Positions 39,101 through 54,000 of a stretch of DNA of 64,000 bases are shown here, one piece after another. This DNA is from Amoebophrya sp. A120. Taxonomy: Eukaryota; Protista; Dinoflagellata. The notes under the pieces are model-generated. The model saw only the letters and a list, made by a program, of their open reading frames with translations. It was not told where the DNA came from and did no database searches. Position 1 is the stretch's first letter, and the number at the start of each line of letters is the position of its first letter. The stretch spans positions 4,366,258 to 4,430,257 of the forward strand of contig CAJINV010000007.1 in assembly GCA_905178155.1 (NCBI GenBank), given 5' to 3'. The translations under genes and the position numbers were made by a program.

Positions 39101-41234
39101 TCCGGCAGTTCCAGTGGTGGCGTTGGAAGACGAAGCAACGGAAGACTTGGACGCGGAATTCATTTTTTCCTGCTGCAGGTCGCCCCGAAGCGAAACGGAG
39201 TCCGGTAACGGCGAAGACGCGAGAGAGGTTGTGCCCGGGGAGGACACAAGGGTCTGGTTTGTTTTGGATAGGAAATGCATTTTTTCGATTCTCACTGTTC
39301 GCATCCGTATCATGGATGCCCACGAATGTATAGAATCCAAATCAAGTAGATTCTGGTCCGAAAGAAAAACGTAGAAACAAGACTTACCCTCCTAGGCGGT
39401 CTGGACGAAGAAGCGGCATGCGAATTCCCAGCCCCTCCTCCTCCACTCGCGGCCACCGCTCCCGCACTCGGTACACGCGCCGCGGGCTGAAACGGCTTGG
39501 GTACCATCAGCATCGCGGCCGCCTTGCTCGTGGCGATGGCCCTGGCCGGAGGGCCTTTGCTGGACACAGCTACGCTGATCGGGCGCATCGGCACCGAGGT
39601 GGTCTGTAGTTCCGGCTGCAGGTGGGAACCTTGTTGATGGGGGGAAATTTCTGGCGCAGTGGTCAAGCATTTCATTTCATTTTTCATTTCCTCCAGAGCT
39701 GTCGCCGAATATAATTATCGATCACACCGCTCTTATACCAAGCTGCACCCCCGCTCGATTTCCGATGTCGTACCCTATTTTCTTGCAAGACACTGCAGAA
39801 CTCGGCGGAATCGGGGTGATTCTCTGCGCCGCCGCAGCTCCAACAGAACTCATTTGCACAAAGTGCATTTTCGTCTCGTGCTGAACTTGATTAATGTGCT
39901 GCGAAGAGGGCGCCGTCGATGGTCGAGAGAAAATGCCACCATCTTGCGCTTCAGTTTGCTGAAACGAGTAGGGCGGGAGAGCAGTACCAGTAGCCGAGCT
40001 GCTTTGCTGACTTTGACTTTTCTTCTGGTATTGCGGCTCCTTTTCCGGCGGATACACTAGCCCTCTGTAGTCCTCTTCAACACTGTTCGGGCTGGTACCG
40101 TGCTCGTACACGTAGACCTCTTCTTCGTCTATCACATCGTACTTCGGCAGTTCCCGTTTCATCGCGTTGGCATTTAAAGCTGACCCACCTGACGCAAGAA
40201 CTTTGCTCCCCGGAAGCGACGGTGGGCGTACTTCGGACGCAGCAGATTGCTGCGGCGCTGCAGCTTTCGTACTATTCTGAACCTCGTGGTCCAACACCTC
40301 GGGGGACGTGGGGACGTTTCGCGAAGTAGAACTGGAGCTCGAGCTAGGAAGGGAGAACTTCACCTGATAGCGATAAAGTAGAAGTACACGACCATGCTGC
40401 AATTTATATATAATAAACTTGTGGTGCTAGAAGTAAAGCAACAGCAAAGCTTAAGCTGCTTGGAATCATGACATATGACAATCACAATTCGAATTCTCGA
40501 TTTCATCTCTATGCACGACAAACAGAACTCCGCGTTATCCGACGCAACTATACCTTCGCAAAGTTGTTTCCCCGGGAAGGCGACACTTGGAAAAGCAGCT
40601 CCGGCGGCAAATCGTCCGCGGGCATTTTGTTGGCTAATGGCCCAACCGGACTCCTCGCTTCCAGCTCATCCATACTACGGCTGAGCAGCTCTTCAATGAG
40701 AGAGCGATTTCTTTCCCCGGTGGTGAGTGCCTGATTATGATTTCTTTGTCATGAGCAAGTCAGAACTTCGTAAGAATTCAGGAAAGACACATGAGTGTAG
40801 AGAATTCTAGGCGTGGACGACTCAATGCAATTGCAATGCCAAGAGCAAGAATCTGGTTCTGGGGAAATAAACGTTTTTAGAAGTTGTACCGGGTGCAGAT
40901 CAGACATGATGGAGTGATTCCCCGCCCCGCCTTCTATGGCGCTGGCATCACAGAGCTCCGAGGCCAGCTCTTGCAGGCTCCGCATCTTTTTCGCAAAATC
41001 CGCTTCGGACATAAATTTTCCCGTTGATATACCACCAGCACCGGCCGGGTTGCTTGTCGTTGTAACACTTGTTCCTCCACCAGCACTTCCTTTCATTTTT
41101 CCCCCACCACTGCTCGTCGCATGGGCAGCACGGGAAGCTGCCCCAGCCGGTCGCGTGCTGGAAGCAGCTGGCGCTGCGCCTCCGTGTGGGTTCGTCACCA
41201 CGCGGGTGGCGGGTGCAAGGCGGATCTCTGGCAT
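36105..41234 (-). CDS. Hypothetical Ser/Ala/Lys-rich, largely disordered protein with short coiled coils (~1441 aa)
   Basis: Six GT-AG introns (40731-40889, 40364-40553, 39699-39738, 39254-39387, 38646-38792, 37492-37625) join successive ORFs into 4326 nt in frame; some junctions are best guesses. Confidence 0.7.
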
Positions 41235-42084
41235 AGTTTTTATTTCGAAGAAATACAACTTAACTTGTCATGAAGTGAGGTGAATAAAGATAAACTCACC
41301 CGGAATATCAAAATATAGTCATCGACATCGTTCAATAATCAGTGGCGGGATAATGATCTTCGCACTTAGCATGACTAAGAACAACTACACACTTAGTATC
41401 CTTTCCTTGCCACATAGAGAAACTGAGGGCAAACACTAGCATCAAGATCTTAAAATCAAGGCCACGAAGCCAGAAACTCGTTAACGTTTGCCACCCACAC
41501 AGAAATAATGCTCTCAATTCTTGGACCAGTTTGCTTCCCTCAGACAGACACACTGGAAGACGACACGGACACGGGAAATAACGTGAAACACAAAACAAAG
41601 AATAACGATGCGACTACAATGACCAAGAGGAAAAGCCACAACCAAGAAACTGCCCGGGGCAAGAACATACGCCATACTGCGAACAGAATCTGCTGTGTGT
41701 AGATTTTTTCATCCTTGTCACTTCTTCATTTACCATATGAAGCTGGTCGCGCGCATGCGACACTCCATCGCGATTATTCCTGTTGAAAATTCTTGAAGCA
41801 GTCTTGCCTAGCTTGCTTCACAACGATGTACGTAAATGAGAATGTAGGTGATTTGCTTTTTTTTGTGTAGGAATTGACTTCAATATCTCAGAAAGGTTTT
41901 CTGTAGATGGCTTCAAATAATTTCAGAAAGATTTTCTATCCATGACTTCAAGTTTCAGAAAGAAAGGCTTTGTAGATCGAGATATGATTTCCATTTCCTT
42001 TTGTTCGACAAAATCAAGGAGTGATAGTGAGACTGAGGGCACTAGTCCTACTGCTTATCCAAAAAAACCTGCTCTGCAGTTATA

Positions 42085-45000
42085 CTATCGCAAAAGTTGT
42101 TTCTTCGTTTCCTGTCGCAGTTTTATCGCCTCTGCGTGTTCCCGCACGATCTCCTCTTCGACAGAGTTCAGGGTCAGAAACCGCCACACGTGAATCTCCT
42201 TCGCCTTCTGCCCGTACCGCCGAATCCGCCCGATCGCCTGTAACTCGAAGGAAATGGCTTTATCGACCGTTGTCGCGTTCATGGGGTGGACGAGGAGGCA
42301 GTGGTGGCAGACTTCCGCTAGATTCGTGCCTGCAGCGGAAGTCTCAAGGGAAAGCAGAAGGATGTTGGTGGACTTCGGACCTTTAATATTGCCCGTAGTG
42401 GAGGACTTCGCTAGTCCTGCTGCGGATTTACTAGTAGTATCCTTGCTGTCTGGAGGTCGTGCAGTGGCAGTACTCATGTTCTTGAACTCCGACAGTTTCT
42501 TGTTTTGCGCGATTGCGTCCCCGGTCAAGGTTCCGTAATTGAACCCGTATTTTTCCAAGCAGCTCCCAATTTTGGTCATCAAATTCTTCCACTGACAAAA
42601 CAAAATCACCTTCGCGCCCGGTTCCGTCTCCTCAATGTGCAGTAGAACCTGGCAAATAGCCTGGATTTTCGACCCGAACTCCGCGTGCTTTTCCGGATCC
42701 CGGATCTTTTCCGAAATCAAATCGTTGTCGTACTTCTGCACTTGGTAGGAACTGGTAGTAGGTTGCTGAAGATCCGCAGAAGTGGCACCTGCTACTGCAG
42801 CACCAGAAGCAGAGGATGAGTTCGCAGCCGCAAAAGCGCCTCCGTTTTGATGTTCACTTGTCGGCTTGCCTGGTTTCGATTTCATTTTCGCCTTCATCTG
42901 CTCTAATTGCAAGTTTTCGTCGCGCAGCTGGTCGATCTTCTGCTGCTCGTTCTTCGCTTCGATCTTCACGCCCGCAGACTTCATTTCCAGGGCCAGCGAG
43001 TAGATGTCTTTGGATCCGCGGAGGGGTTTGCGGCAAAGGGCGCACTGGTTGTGCTCGGCCCGCATCTGTCGGTGCACACACTCGACGCAGAAAACCTTAA
43101 TTTTTGTGTTGGAAAGATTTTTCGTTGTACTTAGACGCGCTGCATGGCATCGTTGTAGCAGTGCACGCATATTTTTTGTTGAACACTTTTTCCATTTCCG
43201 TCCACTAGAACTACTTCTACCCAAGACAAACCAAAGAAAAAAGCAATACATGTCCGCAGCTGGTTATCGACAGGCTGCTCACCGGGAGCTGGTCTTCCAA
43301 GCAAAGCACGCACTTTCGACCTGATAGGTTTTTGGACTCCGACTCGTCGATTTGTTTTTTTCATAGATAGTAATACTCCCACAAAAATCAGTTTTGTCAA
43401 CACGCAGGATGTGACGAATCCATCTAAATTTGAGCTATCGCTAGTCGTTAGCGATGTTAGTAAGTAGCTCGGAGAAGTTGTAGCAAACAAGATGTATCAA
43501 ATCCATACCATCATCATCGTCGTCCTCCGGTTTCTCTTGCTGCTCCCCTCCGTCTTTGTTTCCGTAAATCTGCAGCGTTTTCCTGAAAAAGGCAAACACG
43601 TTCACAACCTCCCTCAACGCGCTGAACTGCGAGAGAAACTCGCTGATCGTTTTCTCCTTCAGCCGCTCCAGTTGCACCCCTAGCTCCTGCTGCTTTTTCC
43701 TCCCTTTCGCATTGGCATCGACTTCGCCCTGCTTTAGCGGTGCCGGGGGCTGGTAGCGGAGAAAGGAAACGGCGTTTTCTGCTTTGTTGTTCTCTGCTTT
43801 TGCAGAAGACACGGCTTTTGATGATGATGATGAGCTAGAATTATTTGTTGAAAGAGGTATTTTGTTCATCGTCAACTGTTGCAGCTCTTCGTATTGCTTG
43901 TTCTCTTTCAGGTCGAATTCTTTCAAAACCTTCTTCTTCTCCTTTTCCGGAAGACTTTCGAAAAATTTCGGGTGAAATTTCGCCCTGGAAACCTTCTCGT
44001 GCTGTTCCCGCTCATGGTCCCACTTTTGCTGTATTTTCTGGATTTTCTTTAAATTATCAGCTGTTGGAAAGAAGCTGGACAACACGTTTTGCCAATCGTA
44101 GCTATTGTTCTTGTTCCCGTCCGCCCACTTGATGTTCATGGATGAACTCGACTCCATGTTGAACAGTTTCTGCACCGCTTCCCTCGTCAACCCGCTTTTC
44201 TCCTCGTTGTTGATCATTGCAAGAAACGAATAAGCCTGAAACGGGAAGTCCGCAAACGTCTTCGCCAACCTCCGCTTCTTCTCGGCATCCTGCTGCTTTT
44301 TCCGCTTCATTTCCTCGAGATCGACGTCCTTGCTGTTCACCCGTTTCGGAAATTTCTGCGAAGCCGTAAGTGGAGCAGCTCTGGTGCTGTTCGCACTCGC
44401 GACATAGCTTTTGTCTTTCTTTCTCAATCTTGGATTTTTAATTCCGTCAAGGTCGTCGAAGTCAACATCAAGATCCCCGGCGTCATTTAAAACCGCATCT
44501 AATTCGTTTATTGCCAGCTCGTCCACAATCGGCGGGCACACGAGGTCTAGGCCCAGTTCCTGCTGTTCCGCGTTAGAAGTTTTGCCCTCGGGCGAGGAAG
44601 CTGCGCCAGCTCCTTCTTTGTGAGAGACAGAGGATTTAGTCTGGTTGTTTCTTGCATTCGCAGAAGAGCTACTCGCAACGGCCCCTTGTGCACCACCAGC
44701 ATTGGAAATTTTCTTCATTGCCGCCACAAAAGTTGCAGAACCTCCCTTCTTGTCTGACAAATTCTTCATCTTCGCCTGCTGCTGCCGCACGTAAGACGCG
44801 GCGGTTTGCGACACGGGGTCTAGAACCTTCGAAAAGCCCTTTCTCCTCTCCTCCGGGTCGCTGTTCGAAATCGCCTTTAAAACGGCGAGTCTCCTACAAA
44901 CTCCCTTGATCTGCGTGACAGCCTGTTTCACCGCGGACAGCTTTCGCTCGAAAATCCGGCTGCACTCCGCTCCGGTCGAGCTCCCCTCGCCCCCTAGAGT

Positions 45001-48000
45001 GTGGTGGCTGCAAAGCTGAAGCAGCTTTGCCCGCTTCTCCAAGGCCGTGTCAGAGGCTGAAGATAAAGCATTGTTTCTGGAGCTACCGCTCAGGGGTGCA
45101 CCAAATGGATCAGCAGGTGGTCCTCGTGCGGTACCAGTGAACGTCGAGCTTCCAGCAGCTCCACCTGGCTCCTCCGTAGAGCTGGTACTCGCACTTTGGT
45201 AGTTCATCGCGTTCGCTTGCGCGAGGTAAATTGCGCGCTCCTCTGCGGTGTGGGAGACCGCGATCCAGTGTTCTTTTGTCACGATTTTGTCCGCGTCGGT
45301 CACGGCGGAATTTTGGCGGACGAACCTTTGCAGGAATTTCTCGCAGTTTTCCCTAAAAACTTTCGACCGGTCCCACGGGTGACACTCCTGCAGGTATTTC
45401 AGCCGCTGCTTCGCAAACGCGTTTCGGCTGGCCGTGAAGTAGCAGTCCCGCACATTCGCGCAAAACCCCTTACTGACGTTCTGCACGTGGTGGCTGTAAG
45501 CGCCAACGGTGTTTTGGTTTTCCGTGAAGCCCTCCTGCAGTCGCGCGCCGTAGACCCCGAAGGGCTCAATCTGGAACGTCGCGGGTTCGCTGCCGTTGTT
45601 CCCCCCGCGGCCTCCTCCGTGCCTGTTGTTCCGCCGCCGGGCTTCGCCGTACAGAAAGCTGTCTTCGCTTGGCGTGTAGTCCGACATGGTCAAATCATCG
45701 GAAAACCCTTCGTCGTCCTCATCCCCGTCCCGGTCAAAGTCGGTGTCGAGCTCCGATCGCATGTCGTTGTGATTCACGTTGCTGGTCGTGTGCTCCGACT
45801 GGAAGGAACTGTCAGGCGAGGATTGCATCAGAACATCTTCTTGCACTTCTTCGCCCAGCAGAAGGTCTCCGGGGAGTTCCGGCTGGTGAATATAGTCATC
45901 ATCGTCCTCCTCCGGGGGGAGCAAAGTTTCCACTGCACCGGCGTTCGCAGTGGTGGTGTGTAGAGCTCTAGCTGTACTCGCAGACGATCCACCGGCTTGT
46001 GCTTGTTGATTATTTGCAGTGCCTCCACTTCTAGCCGCGTTGTTCGCATTGTTGGCAATCAGCCCAGCCTGGCGCAGCACCGCGTTGCTTGTCGCCCCCC
46101 GGATTGGCGCCGCTGAGCCCGCACGTGCTCGATTTATGCCACTGTGGTCACCGTTCGCCCTGCCGTGGTTCAGCTGATTGAGCAATTTCCCATTCCCGCC
46201 AGCAATGAAGAGATCCGCGGTGTGGTTGTGCGTGCCGCAGTGCTGACAGATAAACGCCAGCTTCGTACTGGGTTCGTGCGACTGCGGAAGAACCAAAGAA
46301 TTATTTTCCGCAAACTTCACACTCTTCACCGTGAGAGATCTTCCATCTGGCACGTTCCCGGAGACGTAGGGCTCTAGACAGCAGTTGCACTTCCACTCGG
46401 TCATCGGCAACAAATCGTACTCATACTGCCTATGATCGTTGGATCCTCTCCGCCCGCCGTCCGGTTTCGCCGACTTCTGACCGCGTTTGAAGTTAAAGTT
46501 TGGGCAACTCACCCCAAGCGGATCCATCACTGCGGACAAGCCAGAGCGGGGGTCTTTGAGGTCGGCTCTCATCGCTAAGCGGTGGAGCCGGTCCGCGTAC
46601 TCGGCTTCCACTTGGGACACGCCACAGAGGTCGACACCAAATAGCGACGCGGTGGCGGCGACATTCCGAACCGAGTCGACTTGCGGCGTGCCGGTTAGCC
46701 CGAATTTGCTGAAAGCCTTCAGGTTCAGAAGCGAGGAGACCTGCTTGTCTTCAAACGCCTCCAGCTCGTGGAACTCGTCGAAAACAATCCTGCGGAAGTA
46801 AAATTGCTCCAGTAACGGGAACAGCAGTAGCCGGTATTTGTCGTTTTTTATCGAAGAAGATGAAGAACTAGAACTACTTCCGCCGGCAGAGGAAGATTTC
46901 TTTGGATACACACTGTCCATGATAGTCCGGCTCTTCGACGCCGGTGGCACAACAGAATTTCCGAACAACTGACTGGCCTGCGACGCGGCTGCAGACGGCT
47001 TTGACCGCCCGCGCTTCATTACCCCCGGCTTAGACTTGCTGGCGTCGGCGTCGACAAGGATGTTGGTGCTGTCAACATCCATCATGTCGCTACCTGTCGT
47101 GCCACTACCTCGTCCAGGTACGGAAGAGGTTTTTGCGTTGGTCTTTTGATCATTCTGTTCTTTGTCTTCCTCCGCAACCTCATCCAAATCCACCAAAACG
47201 TCCTCCTTTACCTTTTCCTTCAGCGCCCAGGGTTTAAACCTGACCGGGAGTTTTGAATGCGTGCTACTCATGAAGACTCGCGTGTTCTCCCGTAGTTTCG
47301 TAATGTACTCGTGTTGGTGGAGTTGGAAGTCCGTGTCGTCTTTTTTTTCCTCCTTTTTCTTCTTCTTCGGTTTAGGTCTACGAATACCAAAGACATCGAC
47401 CTCGTAGTCCATATCATCATCCGAAGGCGATCCGGTTAAGTCGTCGTCTTCAAAGTCGTCGTTGTAGTACGGCCGATATCCCAGTGAGTTGTGGAATCGG
47501 CCCAACCTCTGATCCGCCTTTTTTCGCCGGGCTTGCTGCTCTTTTTCCAGCTTTTTCTGCTCTTTTTCCTTCTCCTTTTTTTTCTTCTCCTCGAGTTTTT
47601 CCTCTTTTAATTTGTCGTCGCCTAATCCGGACAGTTCTTCGAAACGCGACTGGTGGACGGAGCTGTATAAAACCCGGTACGTCACGAGAATTACGTCGTA
47701 CTGCTGCAGATCGTACACTGTCCGGATCTTCAAGGGGGAGATGTTCTTGCAAACCAGGATATGCAATACAAATTTCCCGTACAACATGTACAAGATGCAT
47801 CACAAATTTCACCAATTTGGAGCGTCAGATTTGTCATGCTTAACTAGGATCGAAGCCAAGTTTTGTCATACAGAGACCGCATTTGTACGAGTACGTCTAC
47901 GTGTACGGGAAATTTACTGTGGATACAGGATCTTCAGCTTGTTGTTCGGCAGGAATTTTTCGATCTCGGTGCTCCACTGGTCGATGAGGTGGGAGGGGAC

Positions 48001-51000
48001 GAGAATCAAGGTGGTCTTCGGGGCTGGGAAAAGACCGGCGGATTCGTGAGTAGAAGTCGAAGGAGAGGAACGATTTGTACTAGAACTGCTGTTCGTCCAC
48101 AGCATCTCTTCCTCTGAAGCCGAGGAGAAAGGACCACCGTGCGCGGAGGAACTGCTGGAGCTCGACACAAAGCCTCGTCCTGATGCGAGATTTTGTTCAC
48201 TCGCGTTTGATGTTCCAGCGGCTGCACCGTCTTCCCTTAGCAAGATCTTGCACATTTTCGCGAAGGTCAGCTGCTTTTTCTCTTCTTTGCCTCCTCGCTT
48301 AGTTTCGTTAGCATCCTGCTGCTCAACGGTTGACTTATCTCCGGCTGCGCTACTCGCGCTCGCCGAACTGCTGCGTTCCTGAGTAGGAAGCTCGTCTTGC
48401 TCAGGAGCCGCGGTTTTCATTCCTTGTTTCTCTTTCTTCATTGCCTGCTGCTTCGTGCCTCCTTTGTTGTCCTTCTTCATAACATTCGTGCTAGAAGAGC
48501 CAGCTGCTTCTGCTGCAACTGCCTTTGCTGCAGCTTTCTTGCCCTTCTTGCTAGTGTCCTGCTTCTCGTCCTCGTCGACTTTTCGCTTCTTCAAAGGCGG
48601 CCTGCTTGCATTTTTCGTTTTCACATTGTCGTCCGCCAGCAGGTCGTCTTCTTCGTCTTCGATTTCATCCTGGTCCTCCGCTTCTGAGTTTTCTGCCGAG
48701 GAGTTGGAGAATTGTTGTTGGTTCAGCTTCAGATCCCGCTCGCTCTCCAACTGAAACCGGTCTTCCTTCGACAACTTTCGTTCCATCACTGTAGTTGAAG
48801 AAGCTCCTCCTGCGTAATTGTCTTCTGTGTCTCTGTTCGCCAAACGCAGCCAATTTTTGATCAATCCCAAGTCCATCGCCTTGGAACTTGCCAACAAGCC
48901 AATACACGTCGCGGTCTTTCCGAAGCCAATTTTGTCCGCCAGAATACCGCCGCGATTGTTGTAATTCGCCGTCATGTTGAATTCCAAAGACCACGTGGCC
49001 TGCGACAAAGGGCAATTTTTGATCGCCTTGTACTCCGCAACACGGCGGTGAAAGGAGTCGCTCGGATCGTGTCTGTGCGAGCCTTCCAGTCTTCCGCTGT
49101 ACGGCTGGTGTCCCTGGAATCCTCTTTTCGCAGGAAGATACCGCTTGTACTCCACTTGCAAGTAGTCGCTGTCGTGCTCCCGTTTCTGCATCCAATAGAG
49201 GGAGCGGAGTTGCTCCGGGCGGAGCGGGTGGTGCCTCGACCAACCGGGGGGCATTTCGCCGGTTGGGTCGTTGTCGTTATTCATGATTTCAAACCGCTGG
49301 AAGTCCTTGGTCTGACTTTGACTGTGGAGGTCCTTCTCACTGTTATTTTTCTTGTTCTTTTTCTTCATCGCATTAGTTCTGGTGTTCAGAGGACCTCCGG
49401 TCAAGCCGAGCAGGCCCTTGTTGTCTTTTGACGATGATTTCATGGCTTTACTTGATGCGCTCGCGCCTCCTGCCCCCGTCGTTCCGGCGAGAAGTTGGTC
49501 CTGCTTCTTTTTCATCTCCAAGATCGTTTTCCGGTCGATCACATAGTCCCTGCTCGGCGGCCGGCAGCTGTTCCAAATCGCGACGCCAGCCTCCAGCTTC
49601 GCGGGGGCAAACCGGATTCTTTCGAGAAAAAAGCGCTGAAAGATCCGGCCGAATTCCACTCTAATTTGCCACTGCACGTGCTGCTCGCGAAGAAAGTTGC
49701 ACTCCTTCAAGAAGTTAACTTTTTGTGCGTTCACAACGTCCAGCACCAATTTTAACGAAGTGCCGGTAAGGTCCTGATCACCAGTGTCGGCCTTCTCCTT
49801 ATTTGCAGAAGCTCCGGCTGTTCCCGCTTTGCCTCCAGTAGTCGCAACTTTTTTCATCGCTGCTTTCGCTTTTGGTGCGGCTTTTGCTTTCGCTTTGCTC
49901 TTCGCGGCCGGTCCAGTTTTTGCTTTTGCAGCAGCTCCAGATGGTTTGCCATTTTCTGGCTTAGATGCAGTCTGCGTTTTGACAAAACGCAGTACATCGT
50001 CCTCCAGAGCGGCCTTCTCTTTTTCCTTCGCCAGCCCGTTACAACCGGCGAGCATCCGCTTGTAGACGCGATCAATGGCGCTGGCTGCTTCCTGGGTGTT
50101 TGTGACATCCACAGCACCCCCGCCAAGGCCCGCCGGGTTGTCCTTTTGCTTCTGCAGGGTGGTTAGTGTCGGTACTAACAAATGTCGTTCCGTATTGATC
50201 ACCTTAATGTCGATCGGAACGACGCCCAGTAACGAATTGTGCGCCTGCTCCGTGTTGTTCTCAATGCTTCCCTTCCCATGGGGTTGGTAACTTGACAAGA
50301 AAGAAAAATTGCTGGCGGAGTGATCGGACTTGACGAACCGCGGCACGCAGTCGTCCAGCCGGTTGTCGCGGATCAACAGGCGGTCCATCAATTCCAGACG
50401 ATTCATCGCCGGGTTAGCCCCCTCGTGGGCTCCGAGACCGTCTTTTCCCAGGCCAAACACCGGGTTGAATTTGGTTTTGTCCAACGAGAGCGTCGCGTCC
50501 GGGTTTTCTACCGCGACCGCCATTTTCTGCAGAAAGTCGTCCCGGAGAAAGTTGACTTCGTCGTTGATCCCCTCATTCAAGTGCATGCAGTGGATGTCGG
50601 AGTAGAACCGAAGGTGCAGCCACTGGAACCGTATGCAATGCAAATTTCCCGCACATGTACAAAATGCATGACAAATTTCGCTAACTTGCAGTGTCCAACT
50701 TGTCATGCTAGACTAGGACTGAAGGCAAATTTTGTCATGCAGAGACTGCATTTGTACGTGTACGGGAAATTTACTGTGGATAAACCGGGTCACCGGCCGG
50801 TCCTCGTTTTGCGACTTCCACCCCGTTATCAAATGCAAAAATGTCTGGGTCTGGAACAAAGAAACTTGTCATGCTAAATCTCAATCACGTACGAAGTCTG
50901 TGTTGCATGATTACCAAAAGCTGTCCACTTTTGACCTCATCGAGAGGCAGTTTCTCATGCAGGATAGGCATGATATAACTCTCACGGAGTCTGTCATGCT

Positions 51001-54000
51001 ATGCCCTACATACCAGACCGCTTGGGTCATGGAAAACCTGCATGACAAGTCTGGCAGTTTTCAAAGACCCAGACATTTTTACATTTGATACCCGTGCTCA
51101 AGTGCGCACAGTGCGCCTGTTCCCACTGCGCCTTGCGCTGCGCTTCCGCCCGTTGCCGATGGTGGAAATTCATGAGCCCGATCTTCCGCTTGTCCATGCT
51201 GAAGATGCTCGGCGGCAAAGGGGCATTCTCCTGTTCCAGACGCGACGGGCCAATCAGCAGCTTCTGGCCTTGGGTCGCGAACACGTCGGTCAAGTCCGTC
51301 TTGTCCTGACCAACGAGGAAGCAGGGGTTCTGTTCCAGGGCGAGAGCGGTCAAATTAGTCGGGATCGAGAAGTCTTGCTGGTGGTCGGGTTGATGTTCTG
51401 ACTTCTGATTTTCGTTGTCGCCTAAATCGCGCTTCGATTTTCTTCCATTTTTTTCTGCTGTTTTATTATTTCCGCCGACGTCCTTCTCGTGGTCCTTCTC
51501 CATCTCTTTGGTGGATTTCATGCTCTTTGCTCGACCTCCTGCAGCTGTGGAAGTTCCGATTGACGGTGCGTTTTTCAACAGTAATTCCGTGATATCCACC
51601 GGAAACCGCTGCTGAAAGGTCGCAGAAGATTGCGAAGTAGAACTCGTCTCTTGTAAGAACGAAGGCCTGATGTTGTCCAAGGAGGACGTCGCCTTGTGCT
51701 TCTTCATCGTCTCTCCCATTACGTTTTTGAAAGCGTTGGCAAAGAAGGGATTCTTGCTCACCACGGTATCGTCAAAAGCACTGCTGCAATTGTTTGCTTT
51801 ACCGACTACCTGAGAGGCGGCGTCACCCGCGGCTTCACCGCCTGCAAGAGAATCAGTCGCGGCTCTCTTCGTCGCGCCCGAGCACAATTCCTGCAACGGC
51901 ATCAGACTCGGTGTGCAGTTCGCCACCGAATCCGGCCGGATTACCCGCGCGTGTGTTTTGTTCATGTCGGTTTTGTGTTTCGTGTTTGAGGGCTGCGGAG
52001 TGCCGGACGCCATTAAATCGACCACAACGAAATCGGAGCCGGTTGCTGGTGTCTCCTTCACATACAACTCCATCTTGCTAGAAGTTGAAGTCGCATCTTC
52101 TACGCCACCATCTTCCTTTTCCTTATCTTCCTTCCCGTCCGTGATCGTTAACTGACTAACACCTTGTCCTGCTCCTGCTTTTTTTCCCACCGCGCTCCCT
52201 CGGATCGGTAAAGTTTTGTGCACCTGGTTGTAGGTGGCGGCGAATAGATCCTTGACCGCCTTGCAGCAGTCGTTGGTCGCCCCGGGGAATTTGAAAAAGC
52301 TGGGCAGATCGATGACAAAGTTCGCGAGGTTTTGCAGCATGTCATTCGTCATCTCCACGTTCAGCGGTGAGCCCTGGTCCCAGTCCGACCCGGACACGTT
52401 GCCGTAATTCAGAGATTTGTAAAGATTTTCCACGTCGGTCAGGAAGGAGAGCTCCTTGTGAAAGTGCGAAGTGGGGTGCTGTCGAGGTGCAACTATGGTG
52501 CTGTCAAGCGATTTCAACATCTGGAACTTCTGATCCGTGGTCCTTGCGTGATTCATCGCGTTGCTATTTATTTCCTCAAAATCCACATCCATGTCGTTAC
52601 TTTCACCTGCAGGACCGGTTGCTTGTTCCCCGGTAGTCGCCATCGGTTCTTGGCCTCTGGGATGAGCGTCAAATCCTGGAATCTGCGGGGCCAAATGTCC
52701 GCTCGCGGGAAGATTTTTCGTCTGCGACGCCAGCAAAATTGGTTCCAACAACTCACAGAACTTCAACAAGTCGACGTTGTCTTTCGTCCCGAAATCGTCC
52801 GTCATCAGCATTATCAACATCCCGACCATCGCACGAAGCACTTTCTGCCTCACTTCAAAAACCTCTCGATTTTGAGGTAGCGAGAAGATCTTGTCGCGCA
52901 GCAAATTGTAGTCGTGGAGAGGAAGGGGAGGTGGCAGGGAAGCAGCTGCAGCAGCAGTGGCGGATGACCGGAAAGTTGTACCATACACATCTAGATCTTC
53001 TACTTCTGCGTGGTCAACATCACTACCGTTGGTGACGTCATTCTGCTCCGACGCACGCCACGACGCTAGGATCTGCTCGTAGTTTTCCACAACCTCCTCC
53101 ACAATACCGTGCTCCACCAGTCTGGCAATGCAGTGGTCCAGCGCGAACCAGACCTTGCAGAAGACCATTTTGCTACTGAGCGGCTTGTCCGCCACCCCAA
53201 AATTTGCCGGGTTGCTGTCCCCCTCCAGAATGGTGGCCGCCGTGTCCTTCATAAGGTCCTCCATCTTGAACTCCCTGTCTTTATTGGAATACTGCAAGCT
53301 GTGCTGCCACCGCGGAGAGGGCATGGTGTGGTGTAACCTCACGAAGTCGCCGGTGCCGAGGAAGTTCTCGTTGATGTAGCAGTTGTCCAGTTTCACCGCT
53401 TTGCTCATCTTCGGCGCATTGAAAGGCGTGTGGTGGTTATGGTGTTTCGACGGCGCAGCCTTTGAAGATGCTCCTGAGGTGTTTTTGCTACTACTTTTTT
53501 GCTCAGCACCATCTTTCTTGCCGTCCGCTGCAAAGTTCGGCTTGTTCAGAATGTGCGAGCTGGTAGTCAGAATGCTCTTCTCTGTCGTTTTCAACATGCT
53601 GGCCATATCCCGGCGGGTTAGCGCGGGGAACTTCACGATGTCGTCCGGCTGCGCCAGCCAGGAGCTCACTGCCTCGTAGTAAACGACCTCAGAGGACGCG
53701 AAATAACTGGATTCATGCGGGTAAGCGTGGATAGCGACCTCTCTAGTAGTTGCAGTTGTGCTGCCCGCCGGCGCTGTTGCAGAAGAAGTTAATATGTTGT
53801 CTCCAAAAGTTGCCCTGTTTTCCTCGTCCTCGTCGCGCACGACCACCTGTTCAATGTCAGAGATCAAGCAGGTAGTTTTATTGTTGTGACCAGAAGGCGT
53901 TATCTGCTGCTTGAACAGCTTCGAACTTTTCCCGTTTTTACTGCCGTTTCTGCTCTTGTCTTTCTTCTCGCTTTCCGCCCGCTTGTGCTTTTTCGCGGGC